Source: a virus (Duplodnaviria > Caudoviricetes). From it: 64,000 nt of DNA. Below the pieces are notes generated by a model. It worked only from the letters and a program-made list of their open reading frames with translations. It was not told the DNA's origin and did no database searches. Position numbers and translations under genes: made by a program. Shown here piece after piece: positions 40,094 through 51,662 of this stretch (the stretch's first letter is position 1; the number at the start of each line of letters is the position of its first letter). Where the stretch lies: positions 1 to 64,000 of IMG/VR virus record IMGVR_UViG_3300012983_001373. One strand, 5' to 3'.

Positions 40094-41838
40094 TATTTAC
40101 CACCGTCCTCTAATGAATTAGATATTATTCCGTTATCAGTAGAAACAACTAATGACATAAGACCTTCATACACTTCTGCACTTACATCATGTGGAGTATT
40201 AAATGTTATTTGGAATTCTATTTCTGTCATAGGTGCATCAAATTCAAAGTCATAAACTAATTGATAACCTGATTCCATACCGTTAACCCAAACTCTATTA
40301 GATATTGTACTAGGTTCTGAACCTTTTGCTAATGTCCAGAATGATTCATCATCATTAGCACCTTGATTTCTTCCTTTTACAATAACAGAATAGTATTCAT
40401 CGTTTTTGTTGTCTCTGTTTACAGGGTTGAATGTTATTCTAACTCTAGTTGCCTCACTTTGTTCTAATACAAAAGAGCCTGAATAAGCACCAACTACAGT
40501 AGGAATATATCTAGCTTCAAGTGTTTTAACTGCACCAACTCCTAAATATATATCTGATAAGTATCCAGATGCATCTGCAGCTTCAGGAGATAATGCTCCG
40601 TCGTTACCTATCCAATATGTATCTTGATGGAAATCTGCTATACAAGGTTCTCTAAATCCACCTAACTTCCATATGTTTCCGTTAGAAGTACCTTTAGCTT
40701 TTACTATTACAACATACTTTCCTGGTGTTTCAAGTCTTTTATCTTGAGCCAATGTAAATGAATATGTTTTAAATACGCTAAGAGCTTTACCACTTTGCAT
40801 TTCATTAGACATTATACATTGTTCACTATTAGGGTCATATATTCCAGTTTCACTATATGGATATACTTCAAGATGTAAGTTTCCTGGATTTCCTTCAACA
40901 GATAAAATTAAATCTATTTGTCTTAAATAAGTATAGTTTAATGAAGCAGGTACTGTAAATGTAGTAGCAAAACCAGCTACGTTTTTATCTAAGTTTAATT
41001 CTCCAACACTAACTCTTTGTTCCCCATCTTTTATTATTGCATGTATACTATTTCCTGCATCTAAATCTCTTACTGTATCTTCTTTACCAAAGAAGAACAT
41101 ACCATTTCTATAAACTCCATATGTTTTATCTACTGTATCAGGAGTATAATCCATAAAGAATTCTCCAACATTTAATTCAGTATTGTTTACATCTATTATT
41201 TCACGACATACTGGTTGTTTATCACTATTGCTTCCGTATATAATAAGTTTTTGTCCTTTAGTATAATCTCCTCTTTCTAATGTTTGTACTATACCATCAG
41301 AAGTTATAGTGTCTATTATTTGAGTATCATTTATATATTTTTTTAATCCCATTTTAAATGGATCAACTAAACCATTATAAACTTTACTTGCAGGATCTAA
41401 GTTCCCTGTAACCATCATATCTCTTTTCATATGATACATTTCATTTCTAAGAACTCTCATATCTTCTGCCACATTTAAAGCAGCCTTAGAGGCGTCTTGA
41501 ACAAATGAAATACCTTCTAAGTCAGTCATTAAATCATTGGCATTTATTGTTTTAGGATTTCCATTTGCGTCTAGTTGTACTTTTCCTTCTTCATCTAAAC
41601 AAAGTAATCCTTGAGCTAAATCTACAAGACTTCTATCGCTTACTAAACGAGTACCGTTTTCGTCTTGTAATAAAGATGCTTGAGCGATGAATCTTGAAGG
41701 AATACCGTCAACTGCAACGGTATCCCCAGATGGATCATCACTTGTTCTAAACCCATGAACTATCTTTAAATAGTTTTTAAGGGCAATTAAATCTAATTGA
41801 CTTAAATTTATTGACACGTAATCATCATCTCCATTCAA
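40093..41838 (-). CDS. Putative virion structural protein
   Basis: 581-aa beta-rich ORF in the late operon. Confidence 0.6.
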   Translation of the reverse strand: MNGDDDYVSINLSQLDLIALKNYLKIVHGFRTSDDPSGDTVAVDGIPSRFIAQASLLQDENGTRLVSDRSLVDLAQGLLCLDEEGKVQLDANGNPKTINANDLMTDLEGISFVQDASKAALNVAEDMRVLRNEMYHMKRDMMVTGNLDPASKVYNGLVDPFKMGLKKYINDTQIIDTITSDGIVQTLERGDYTKGQKLIIYGSNSDKQPVCREIIDVNNTELNVGEFFMDYTPDTVDKTYGVYRNGMFFFGKEDTVRDLDAGNSIHAIIKDGEQRVSVGELNLDKNVAGFATTFTVPASLNYTYLRQIDLILSVEGNPGNLHLEVYPYSETGIYDPNSEQCIMSNEMQSGKALSVFKTYSFTLAQDKRLETPGKYVVIVKAKGTSNGNIWKLGGFREPCIADFHQDTYWIGNDGALSPEAADASGYLSDIYLGVGAVKTLEARYIPTVVGAYSGSFVLEQSEATRVRITFNPVNRDNKNDEYYSVIVKGRNQGANDDESFWTLAKGSEPSTISNRVWVNGMESGYQLVYDFEFDAPMTEIEFQITFNTPHDVSAEVYEGLMSLVVSTDNGIISNSLEDGGK

Positions 41839-44800
41839 AAGTTATTTTATCTATTTTGCGTTCATACTTTTCAGTTCCATATAAATGTTTGTACTCCTCC
41901 CACTCCATAGGGAACATATTAAAATATTCATACATAGGATCTATCTTTAATGCATCGTTGTCTAATAATTTAATACCTCTTACACCATGTCTAGTTACTA
42001 ATTCGTATTTTCCTTTATATAAAACACCATTTATATATATCTTCACATGGTCAACTGTATTAGTTAATGAACGAGGAATATCATAATAATCTTCACTAAA
42101 CTCAAATGTTCCATATGAAGAAGTTAATACATCAAATGTAACTGATTTAAGAGATAAGTCATTACGTTTTTCTACTAATATAACATCCCTATTTGTAGTA
42201 GGTATGTAATATAAATCATTTTCTTCAGGCAGTCTCATAATACGTTTTGGATAATTTTCATAAGCTTTGATGATTGATTCTTTAAAATTATCTGATAAGT
42301 ATTCATTGAATAAGCACTTAGCCATTACCTTTGGTTCTGGCATTGGATTTAATCCACATATATTTGCTTCAAACATTATTTTATCATCATCATACTTATG
42401 ATATTCTTCAGGGTATAACATAACACCGTTTAAATATACATTTGTTATAGCAGGAGCCAATGCAAAATCTGCTTGTATTGAATCTTTAGCAAGTTTATAT
42501 ATTTGACCATGGTCTGTATTAGCATTTGTCTCTAAGTTTATATAATCACGGTAAGCCGCAATTACTTCTTGTCCTTCTATATGTTCTATAACATATTGTA
42601 TTGATTCATTATTAAGTTCATCATAAATATATCTAGCTAATTGTAATGCACTTACTAATAAACTGTTAGTCATAAATGCATCTCTTAAAGGTCTATTCGC
42701 TGATATGAATTTAGTATTAAGTACATTTTCATATTTCGGATCAGTTAATAAATCTTCAGGATCTTCTACACTTGCAAACTCATTGTATATATAATCTAAT
42801 ACTACTAATGTATCTTCAGGTATATCTAATTTAGGTAAGTCAACTTGATATGTTCTAGTTGTACCATCGTCTATATTAACTTCTCTATTCTCTATCATTA
42901 AACCATTATAATATGTGCTTAATGAATTGTTTCCAGTTAACCATACATCAAATCGAGATGCTTTTCCTTCATAAGTGAAAGTACCTTTACCTATCTCTAC
43001 TTTTACATTATTATTAGAACCAGAAATCAATGGTTCATCTATTTGATTGCAATAAGTATGAGCGAAATAAGTTAATAAAGGAGAACCAGTCCAGAAATCA
43101 TTAATTTGGTCTTCGCTTAATAGAACATTTATAGAGCCTTTTCCTACATAGAATCCAAGAATTTCATTTATAATTCTTAAATCCATACCTTCTAATCTTA
43201 CTCTATCTCCTGTCGCTTTGTGCATATAATACACTTCATTGCCATAGTCATCAGCTTCAAATGTTATTTGTCCTGGTTTATAATAATTCTCTGCAGAGTT
43301 TGCAGCGCCTCTTAAACCATCTCTATCTAATAATATAGCATTTCCTAAATAAACAATTGCATTATTACAGTTATTGTAAACTGATTCAGTTCCTCCATCA
43401 TCTATTCTTACTGAATAAGAACTAACATCATTATCAAATACTAAATTTAAAGCAGATTCATCTGCATTATCTATTCTAAATACAGAGAACTCTAACTGTT
43501 GTTTTTGGTCTATATCATAAACACTGTTTATTCTTATTCTACCATCGTCAACAGCTATGTCTCCATTAGTAGGAGTCATTAATAAACCGTTAACTATAAC
43601 TATATATTCTTCATCAGAAGATATTGCAGGATGATCTATAACTCCATCTATACATCTACCAGTAGTTATAAAAGATGTTTCAACATCAGCCACGTAGAAT
43701 GTATATAATTCACCTTCTGCTAAATCAAAGTTTTTAATAGTTATTTTAGTTTTATTATCTTCAATAACCCAGTTTATATCTTGTGTAGCAATTAAACCAT
43801 TACTCATCATAGAAAGCCCGTTACAGAATACCATTGGCTTAGCATAATTTGTTAATGGCTCATCTATTGCAACAGTTACTGTTTGTTCTTTTTTATTATA
43901 ATCAAGACAAGAACCAAATAAACTTCCATTATCGTCATCTACACCGAATGTATAATCTTCAGTTCTTTCAGGGAATAATAACACTGTCATTTGCATATCG
44001 TTCATTATATTTCCTTCGTCATCTACAGTGAATTTAATGTTCCCATCACTTTTATCATATTCATATATAACACTACTTCCACCTGGATAACTATATTTAG
44101 ATTCAAGTGCTAAACCATCTACGAATAAAGAAGGGACTCCATCAAACATACCTACGTAGTATGAAGAAGGACCTGAAACAGGGATAGCATTTTGTATAGT
44201 ACTACCTAGTATAGTAGGATAATCTATAAATGAATAAGTTATTGCATATATGTATTCATATTTTTTCATGGCACTTTCTGATAATTTTATACCATTATTA
44301 TGAACAACATAATCTCCGTCGTTTTTACCTTTGGTTCTTTCTTTTACTAAAAGAAAACCACGAGGGTCTGCACTAATATGCCCATTGTTTTTATCTTTTA
44401 CCGTTCTGAAACCATAATATTCAGTGTTTAAAGTTGCAACTCCTATGTATCCATAGTTAACAGAGTTTGGGTCTTTATCTATTTTAATAAATCTCTTTTG
44501 AATATTGTGAAGTCTACTTGTGTCTAAATGAATCCAATGTGCTTTATCGCTCATTTTTGATTTGTCTACACGTATAGTTATATCACTATCTTCATTATAT
44601 TCATCACCAAATGGAGAATAGAACATAAAGTGTTCTGCGTCATCTCCAGGGACTTTTCCACTTGCAAACATTCTTCCTTTAGTAGTTAAAGGAACAGGGA
44701 ATACGTCTGGATTAGATTTAGATTTTTCTAATGGACTTAGGAATTGAAAGCTTAATCCACTGAACACATTAACTGTGCTACTCATTGTTTGAGCTTTTAC

Positions 44801-45184
44801 TGGCATCCAAGCCATAACATCAGGATTCATATAACTAAGTACTCCAGTGTTAGGATCAACGCCTAGTTGGTAATCAGTTGCGGTGTTTTCTTCTATTAAT
44901 TTTTGATTTGTATTAGCTGGATGATAAAACCCTTTAAATAAAGGCGACCAACCTTCTCCTTCTCCTTGATACGCTTCTAATATATCCATTAATGTATCAG
45001 GTTGGAATCTTAATGCTCTTTCTGGAATCTGTTCTTGTCTTTCTTGAACAGTTTCAGCATTTCTATATCTTTCATCATTTAAGTATTTTAGCGCCATAAA
45101 AAGTTGATGCCATTCTTTATTAAGAACTTGCTCATTTTGACGCCCCATATTAAATTTACGTCCTGCCAAATCAAATTCCACCAC
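41825..45184 (-). CDS. Large putative baseplate/virion protein
   Basis: 1119 aa; repeated (V/I)Y(L/I)NG(V/L) beta units typical of jumbo-phage virion proteins. Confidence 0.6.
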   Translation of the reverse strand: MVEFDLAGRKFNMGRQNEQVLNKEWHQLFMALKYLNDERYRNAETVQERQEQIPERALRFQPDTLMDILEAYQGEGEGWSPLFKGFYHPANTNQKLIEENTATDYQLGVDPNTGVLSYMNPDVMAWMPVKAQTMSSTVNVFSGLSFQFLSPLEKSKSNPDVFPVPLTTKGRMFASGKVPGDDAEHFMFYSPFGDEYNEDSDITIRVDKSKMSDKAHWIHLDTSRLHNIQKRFIKIDKDPNSVNYGYIGVATLNTEYYGFRTVKDKNNGHISADPRGFLLVKERTKGKNDGDYVVHNNGIKLSESAMKKYEYIYAITYSFIDYPTILGSTIQNAIPVSGPSSYYVGMFDGVPSLFVDGLALESKYSYPGGSSVIYEYDKSDGNIKFTVDDEGNIMNDMQMTVLLFPERTEDYTFGVDDDNGSLFGSCLDYNKKEQTVTVAIDEPLTNYAKPMVFCNGLSMMSNGLIATQDINWVIEDNKTKITIKNFDLAEGELYTFYVADVETSFITTGRCIDGVIDHPAISSDEEYIVIVNGLLMTPTNGDIAVDDGRIRINSVYDIDQKQQLEFSVFRIDNADESALNLVFDNDVSSYSVRIDDGGTESVYNNCNNAIVYLGNAILLDRDGLRGAANSAENYYKPGQITFEADDYGNEVYYMHKATGDRVRLEGMDLRIINEILGFYVGKGSINVLLSEDQINDFWTGSPLLTYFAHTYCNQIDEPLISGSNNNVKVEIGKGTFTYEGKASRFDVWLTGNNSLSTYYNGLMIENREVNIDDGTTRTYQVDLPKLDIPEDTLVVLDYIYNEFASVEDPEDLLTDPKYENVLNTKFISANRPLRDAFMTNSLLVSALQLARYIYDELNNESIQYVIEHIEGQEVIAAYRDYINLETNANTDHGQIYKLAKDSIQADFALAPAITNVYLNGVMLYPEEYHKYDDDKIMFEANICGLNPMPEPKVMAKCLFNEYLSDNFKESIIKAYENYPKRIMRLPEENDLYYIPTTNRDVILVEKRNDLSLKSVTFDVLTSSYGTFEFSEDYYDIPRSLTNTVDHVKIYINGVLYKGKYELVTRHGVRGIKLLDNDALKIDPMYEYFNMFPMEWEEYKHLYGTEKYERKIDKITFEWR

Positions 45185-45257
45185 CTTTCAATCTATTTTA
45201 TTATTACTAAACATTAGACTGCACCTCATTAAAGATGCAGTCATTGTTTTAAATCTA

Positions 45258-48200
45258 TTATTTTCGTCTACTCATTGCTGATATAGCCTCTATTAATTCT
45301 CTCCAATCATCGAAGTAAGTTTTACATAATGTAGAGTAAGTATCTGGCCCCTTGCTTGTTTCTTCTGGTATTGCTCTTTCAATATCATTAAATAATTCAG
45401 GGTCAGCCTCAAATCCTTGAGGGTTTTTATATTTAATTACAGAGAACAGTGTATAACAGTAATCTACCATATCATTAAAATCTCTAGCTTCCATATAATA
45501 ATCACCCTTACCTTGTGCTCTTAATTTTGCTAATTCTGCACTAGTAGGTATTGATCTATATGGTACAGGTTTAGATATTCTAACGTCTTTAATTATTAAT
45601 AAGTAGTTTCTGTTATAAGAAGTTGTTGCTCCACCGTGAGTAAACGCTATTCTTATTTCATCGTAATGTTTAGGTCTTGTTGTTAACATTATAGATTTCT
45701 TACCACCTGAATCAGATAGTTTAACTGTTTCGTCTATTTCACCATCAACTATATATTGTAAGTATGCTTCAGATTTCGGAGGCATAACTACTGGTTGTGG
45801 TGTAGGTTCTACTGGAGGTGGTGGTGGAGGTGCTGCCTCATAAGTTTTATAAGTATATATCTTTAATGTTTTCGTACAAGTTACATCATCGTATGCACAT
45901 CTATTAGAAGACAATGTCCATCTTATATAAGTGATACCTTTGTTTTTTAATGCTGATGCTGGTATTTGTACTGTCGTATTAACATAATCTGATGAATTAC
46001 TATGATTAACTCTAGTTGACCAATTGTTTGCACCAAATAGTTCTATCTTAGAATATTTACCAGAATGCCATCCATAACCATCTAAATATAGAGTTAATGG
46101 TTTATTTGCATCAACTAAACCATCAGCAGATGAAGTACTAAAATTATAGATTCTAGTATGATAATCACTTGTGTCATCAGTATAATAATAATCATGTAAA
46201 TAATGATGTCTATCATTAAATGGACAGTTTCCATATACTGAGAAAGATGTTCTTGCATACGCTTTTCTATTAGTTCCTTTATCTAAAACAGAAACATTAA
46301 CGTTTACATAACCTGAGCAATGGAATTGGTCTGAAGTCCATAAACAAGAACCTTTTCCATCTTTTATAGTTACTATTAATTTTTCATGTTCTTCATTACA
46401 TCCTGTGACATTAATCATTACTTCTGCTTTGTTTCCAACACAACCTTTTATATCTATTTTCAATTGTAATGCTGTTTGTCCTGCTACAAATAATCCATTA
46501 TGACAACAACCATTATAACGATTAGTAGTTGTTCCTGGAGGCAATGATAATTCGACTGTTAAATTGCTACCTATTCTAGAACTATCTCCTGCCGCTCTTG
46601 TATCTCTTCTTACTAATCCTTCTTCTATATCATCTATTGCCATGATTTCTGATGCTGCTGCTGTTGCATGCATTTTATTAAAGAAATTTGCGTCTATTAC
46701 AGCTTTTGCAGTATAATCAAGATGTGTTGTAGTATAATGACAAGGATAAGCATAATTATAATAATGAGGTACACGATAGTCTTGTAATATTGCTCCTGCT
46801 TCGTGGTTCTTTTTATTTTTATTTAAGTTTGCTGCAAGAGTATAAGGGTATGATGCAACAGATGTCCTAGTTTGTTGATTTCTTAATTCGTTTTCACTAA
46901 ATACTGTCTGGCTTAATCTATCTATAGAACCTAAATGCGATATATAAGTATGATTCATTCCTGCATAAAGTTTTGCATTTTGCGCATATGAAGGATGGAA
47001 ATAAGTTGTATTTGTAGTTGGATCCCAACATCCACCAGAAAATCTGTATAAGAACAACGGCATATTATAAATATTAGCATTTATACCTCTAAAGTCATGT
47101 TCTCTAGCGTACACTACAAATGGAGCAGTGATTGTTCTATAATGTCCTGAAGTATCCATTATTCTAACATTTAACACACAATTTCTAACAGCTCTTACTG
47201 GAATTAATGGTATAAACCATTCTCCTGTAGCAGTAAAGTTTGTGAATTGACCAACAGGAACTCTTTGCCAAGATGTAGACATTCCTCCTGTTATTCTATA
47301 TTCAACTTTAGCAATAGGAACTACTGTATAATAATTTACAACAAAATGAACAGTTCCATATTCCATATATCTATTATGAAGAGGACCATCAAAACCACCG
47401 AACAACTGTAAACCTTGTACTGAAAATGCAGGAGGCACAGTAGGGACTACTGGAGGTGGTGCAGGAGGTTCTTCAATTACTTCTTCTTCTATTGGGTGAT
47501 CATAATTCGTGGAGTCATGTAATGTATAATCTACTGTTATCGTAGAGTTAGGAGGAATAGTCTCACAACTAAATGCTTGATAAATACCACTACTTACACC
47601 TTCTCGGTCAGTTGGGCATTTTAGATATACAGTATCTTCATCATTAAATCCGTCAAGACCTTGACTCTTATAAACTTTTAAGCCGCCCCAATTTTTCCAA
47701 GCTTCTAAAGTAAAATTATTATAAGACAAATGAGCGTCGTTAAATGTTCCATTCATTACAAAGTTTTTACAGTTGTATTCATTAGAAATTACATTCAAAT
47801 AATTTCTTAAGCTGTGTAAATCATCAGCTTTTAATGGGTCTATATATTTATGTTTAAAATAGAATCCATCATATTTAATTGTTATTTTTTTCTGATGAAG
47901 TCTTTCTCTCTTATTTAGTACAGAAGGTGTACCTATATCTACAGCTTGACCATTATGGTCTATAACTTGGAAGTTTCTGAATTTAAGAGTATGTAATCCA
48001 ACCGCATCAAATTTAATAACTACATATTCATCATCATCTGTTCTTGTAAATTCTATTTCTTTGCTTATCCATTGTTCTCCATAATGTATTTCAGGAACAA
48101 AATGTCCATGATAATGCGTATATGGAGGATGATAAATAACGTGTTTATGCCAATGTCCACACACCCAAGTATGAGTGTAACAATGAACTATTCTATGTGG

Positions 48201-51200
48201 ATGATGACATATGTAACCACCTGTATTAGCAAAGTGGAATGCTCTTTTCGCATAAAAATCATATTTTAATTTATGTTTCTTGCCTTTAACTATTTTATCC
48301 TTTGGTATTCTAATTTCAAGTACATTATTTGTAATTCGTGCAAAATCATCAACTCCATCTGGAAGAACAAAACTATTGTTTAAATATGGATTTGATGTTA
48401 ACAATATTTCTGATTCATATAATTTACGAGTAGTCCATTCACCTGCTGCCGTATAATAGAATACATCGGTAGAGTTATCTACATATGGTTTAACGAATAA
48501 AGCAAGTTGATTATCCCCTGGATTTATTAGATAACGTCCTTCAGATTCAGGCATTCTATATTTAAAAGCATATTTTTTATTTTGTAGCAATTCAAATGTA
48601 TTAATATCTCCTAAATCTATTTGGTGTGCTTCATCAAAACTGTTGCTACGACACTCTAAGAACAATCTATAATCTTTATATTTATTTATAATCAATGCGT
48701 TTTCAGACGGTTCTACTCTTTGATTTTCTCCTAACCATCTATTTCTATATAGCCATCTACAATCATAGAACCAGTCATGAGGACAATATATAGGATGTGT
48801 CCAACCACGATATCTATAATAATGATGATGATAATAACACCAGTTCATATGGAAATGTGGTAAATGATGACTATGAGTTCTATTTACATTAAATATAATA
48901 GGGTTAGATTTCCATTTTGCAGCTTTAAAATCTGCAGCGAAATCTATTGATTCATCATAAACCAATTTTGAATTATGAAGTATATTGTTTGCAGGTAATG
49001 CAACTTCAACACTTATTTCAGGGTTTCTTTCTGTAACCCAATCTCCATTAACAGGGTCAACGAATTTTAGATTTAAATTTAAATCTTGCTTAACTACAGA
49101 TACTATATTTGATGTACTATATATGCTAGGGAATCTATGATGATTTGCATAGTAGAATGCCACAGCTGTTACAGTACAATCTGCAGGATAAGACGTTAAA
49201 TCAAACGACGTATTAAATGTCCTGAAATTATAAGCAGAAGGCATACCATGCGGAGTAAAACAATGATGCCATTTTCTATCGCTATATTGAACCCAAGTAC
49301 GTCCATTTTTACCATCTCTTTTACCTGGGTTAGGTCCATTTACTATTTTTCCATCTTTATCTCTAACAATTAAACATAAATCAACTAAGAATGTTATATC
49401 AATATTATTAAATCTAGTATCATATAGAGGATTTCTATATGTGTAAGTTATTTTATTAGCTTCATTTTCTGCAACTCCTAGAGTTAACTCTGGTGGGTCA
49501 TATGGTAGAGTACACATTGGAGTCATTGTTTTATGATTTATTGAAGCTTCATCGGCTGAATAAATATATTGTCCTAAACTATTTATCCATTTTCTTTCTA
49601 TGACGAACATTAATATTGTATCCCCTGGTTCTACATGTTCCATAAATTGTAAAGCATAATATTTATGAACATCTTTAGGATACATATACATATTTTTACC
49701 ATTTTGATACATTGGTTTATTAGAAAAATCTTCGCCAAAATCTTTAAATACGTGTAAACTAAATGTATTAGGATCTATATTTGCGAGAAGTCTTTCTTGA
49801 AGTCTTTTTCTTGTACAATTCCAATAACCATAATGATATCCCCAATAGTGTCTACAATGATATTCAACATTGAATAAATCAGTATGTGCTGATGCATAAA
49901 ATATTTTATAATCTTTAGGGTCGGTACTAGTACCTTGGAAATACATCTTAGCACCTTCTTCTATGAAGATACCATCCCAACCATCAACAAAATACCATCT
50001 TGGTGGATTTTTTTGTATAGGGTCAAGTTGTCTTATTTGAATTGTTTTTTCAACTACGTTACCTGACATATCTGATACTCTTACATCTATATAAATAATA
50101 TTATGCCAAGTATTAAAATTAGGTTCCCATACTGCCTCGTTTTGATTCCAATGCCCTGATCCTCTTGGAGGTCTGTTTATATAATACCAACCAGTATAAT
50201 AATCTCCACGTGCTCTTATTTGTACATTTGTTATTTGATAAGTAGATGTATATTTAATAGTTATTTTTTGAGGTATTCCTGTTACATAAGTATTTGTGTT
50301 ATCAAGATAACCATTAGCATACATACTTGTTATTTTTAAATCTCCACGAGATTCGTCAATACATACTTGAATAGTTTTTGACGCTGTATTATTATATTGG
50401 TCATAAATAATAACTGTTACATTATAGACTCCAGCACGAGAGAATTGATAAGAAAAACTACCTTGTGTTTGGTTCCAAGAATAAACACTTCGGTCATAGT
50501 CATTATTTATTCTATAATAAACTCTACTGATTCTTGATTTACTTGCTGAATATTTTATATTAAACGATACAGGTTTCGTTACAGCAAAAGAACCAGTGTT
50601 GTCTGTTGTTCCTGAAGGAGTTATAGAATGAATTTTTAATTCACTATCATCATATAAAGTTGCATTGATAGTCTTTCTTGTAACGTGTCCAGCAGTATCG
50701 GTTACAACAGCTGTTATACTAGTTGCACCTGTATTTTGCATTATAGCTGATTCCCAATAATGCGATTTACTAGGATTCCATAATGTGGCGTCTTGATAAT
50801 TTTTACCTCTTATTTCATATTTAACAGAAGAAATATTAAGCGTACCAGAAACAGATAAATAAGTTTTAAATCTTGTTTCTCCAGCTATATATTGACCGCC
50901 TTCATTATAAGTATCAGAACGAAGATAAAAGTTATTAATATTTAAATCATAATTAGGATTATGCACTTTGAATGCTTGAATGCTATATTGGTCTGCAATT
51001 ACTCTTCCGTCAACAATTGTTTGAAGTCTTAAATATGCTTGTCTAGTTTGTTGCTTAGAAACATAACTATAAAAATTACTAGGTATTGTTAAATTATGCT
51101 CTCCTGCTTTTAATTGCCATCCAATAGCTACCCAACCAGAGTTATCTGTTCTCATATGGATATCATGTCTAGCTTCAGAAGTTTGTGCAGCTATTTTTAC

Positions 51201-51662
51201 CCATGCTTTCGCACCTATGTTCAATGTATTTGTTGAATATCCAGTAAGAGATGATGCTCTAGGAATTGGTGTTAATGTAAAATTTCCAGATACATATACA
51301 TCTCCAAAAGATATTTTAGTTGCATGAAGTATACTAAAAGATATTGTTTTTTTACCATCGTTATTATGATAGATAGTTACAGATTTACTAGCTAGTGTTT
51401 TTGAAGCACCAACTGAAGACTTTCTTAAATCGAATGTAACAGTCTGTGAGCCATAATTTCCTCCATTTATAACAAACTGTACATAAGAACAGTAGCTATT
51501 GTTATAAGAAGAACTATTTGCAGCAGTTTTTATCATCTTCATTGTAAAAGTCAATGTCGTACAGTTACTAGCAATATTTCTATTAGACTCAGTTACTGTA
51601 ACTTGCCATTTATAACTTTTCTTATTTACAGTATAAGTTTGACTAGCTATTTTAATCACCAC
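45258..51662 (-). CDS. Giant (2134 aa) tail-associated/receptor-binding protein with DUF859-like N-terminus, Ig-like repeats, CBM-like domain and His-rich inserts
   Basis: N-terminal ...YHNNDGKKTI...FTLTPIPRASS (DUF859-like); repeated ITAVVTDTAG / VTVIIYDQYN / VRVSDMSG Ig-like strands; KNFVMNGTF CBM-like start. Confidence 0.7.
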   Translation of the reverse strand: MVIKIASQTYTVNKKSYKWQVTVTESNRNIASNCTTLTFTMKMIKTAANSSSYNNSYCSYVQFVINGGNYGSQTVTFDLRKSSVGASKTLASKSVTIYHNNDGKKTISFSILHATKISFGDVYVSGNFTLTPIPRASSLTGYSTNTLNIGAKAWVKIAAQTSEARHDIHMRTDNSGWVAIGWQLKAGEHNLTIPSNFYSYVSKQQTRQAYLRLQTIVDGRVIADQYSIQAFKVHNPNYDLNINNFYLRSDTYNEGGQYIAGETRFKTYLSVSGTLNISSVKYEIRGKNYQDATLWNPSKSHYWESAIMQNTGATSITAVVTDTAGHVTRKTINATLYDDSELKIHSITPSGTTDNTGSFAVTKPVSFNIKYSASKSRISRVYYRINNDYDRSVYSWNQTQGSFSYQFSRAGVYNVTVIIYDQYNNTASKTIQVCIDESRGDLKITSMYANGYLDNTNTYVTGIPQKITIKYTSTYQITNVQIRARGDYYTGWYYINRPPRGSGHWNQNEAVWEPNFNTWHNIIYIDVRVSDMSGNVVEKTIQIRQLDPIQKNPPRWYFVDGWDGIFIEEGAKMYFQGTSTDPKDYKIFYASAHTDLFNVEYHCRHYWGYHYGYWNCTRKRLQERLLANIDPNTFSLHVFKDFGEDFSNKPMYQNGKNMYMYPKDVHKYYALQFMEHVEPGDTILMFVIERKWINSLGQYIYSADEASINHKTMTPMCTLPYDPPELTLGVAENEANKITYTYRNPLYDTRFNNIDITFLVDLCLIVRDKDGKIVNGPNPGKRDGKNGRTWVQYSDRKWHHCFTPHGMPSAYNFRTFNTSFDLTSYPADCTVTAVAFYYANHHRFPSIYSTSNIVSVVKQDLNLNLKFVDPVNGDWVTERNPEISVEVALPANNILHNSKLVYDESIDFAADFKAAKWKSNPIIFNVNRTHSHHLPHFHMNWCYYHHHYYRYRGWTHPIYCPHDWFYDCRWLYRNRWLGENQRVEPSENALIINKYKDYRLFLECRSNSFDEAHQIDLGDINTFELLQNKKYAFKYRMPESEGRYLINPGDNQLALFVKPYVDNSTDVFYYTAAGEWTTRKLYESEILLTSNPYLNNSFVLPDGVDDFARITNNVLEIRIPKDKIVKGKKHKLKYDFYAKRAFHFANTGGYICHHPHRIVHCYTHTWVCGHWHKHVIYHPPYTHYHGHFVPEIHYGEQWISKEIEFTRTDDDEYVVIKFDAVGLHTLKFRNFQVIDHNGQAVDIGTPSVLNKRERLHQKKITIKYDGFYFKHKYIDPLKADDLHSLRNYLNVISNEYNCKNFVMNGTFNDAHLSYNNFTLEAWKNWGGLKVYKSQGLDGFNDEDTVYLKCPTDREGVSSGIYQAFSCETIPPNSTITVDYTLHDSTNYDHPIEEEVIEEPPAPPPVVPTVPPAFSVQGLQLFGGFDGPLHNRYMEYGTVHFVVNYYTVVPIAKVEYRITGGMSTSWQRVPVGQFTNFTATGEWFIPLIPVRAVRNCVLNVRIMDTSGHYRTITAPFVVYAREHDFRGINANIYNMPLFLYRFSGGCWDPTTNTTYFHPSYAQNAKLYAGMNHTYISHLGSIDRLSQTVFSENELRNQQTRTSVASYPYTLAANLNKNKKNHEAGAILQDYRVPHYYNYAYPCHYTTTHLDYTAKAVIDANFFNKMHATAAASEIMAIDDIEEGLVRRDTRAAGDSSRIGSNLTVELSLPPGTTTNRYNGCCHNGLFVAGQTALQLKIDIKGCVGNKAEVMINVTGCNEEHEKLIVTIKDGKGSCLWTSDQFHCSGYVNVNVSVLDKGTNRKAYARTSFSVYGNCPFNDRHHYLHDYYYTDDTSDYHTRIYNFSTSSADGLVDANKPLTLYLDGYGWHSGKYSKIELFGANNWSTRVNHSNSSDYVNTTVQIPASALKNKGITYIRWTLSSNRCAYDDVTCTKTLKIYTYKTYEAAPPPPPPVEPTPQPVVMPPKSEAYLQYIVDGEIDETVKLSDSGGKKSIMLTTRPKHYDEIRIAFTHGGATTSYNRNYLLIIKDVRISKPVPYRSIPTSAELAKLRAQGKGDYYMEARDFNDMVDYCYTLFSVIKYKNPQGFEADPELFNDIERAIPEETSKGPDTYSTLCKTYFDDWRELIEAISAMSRRK

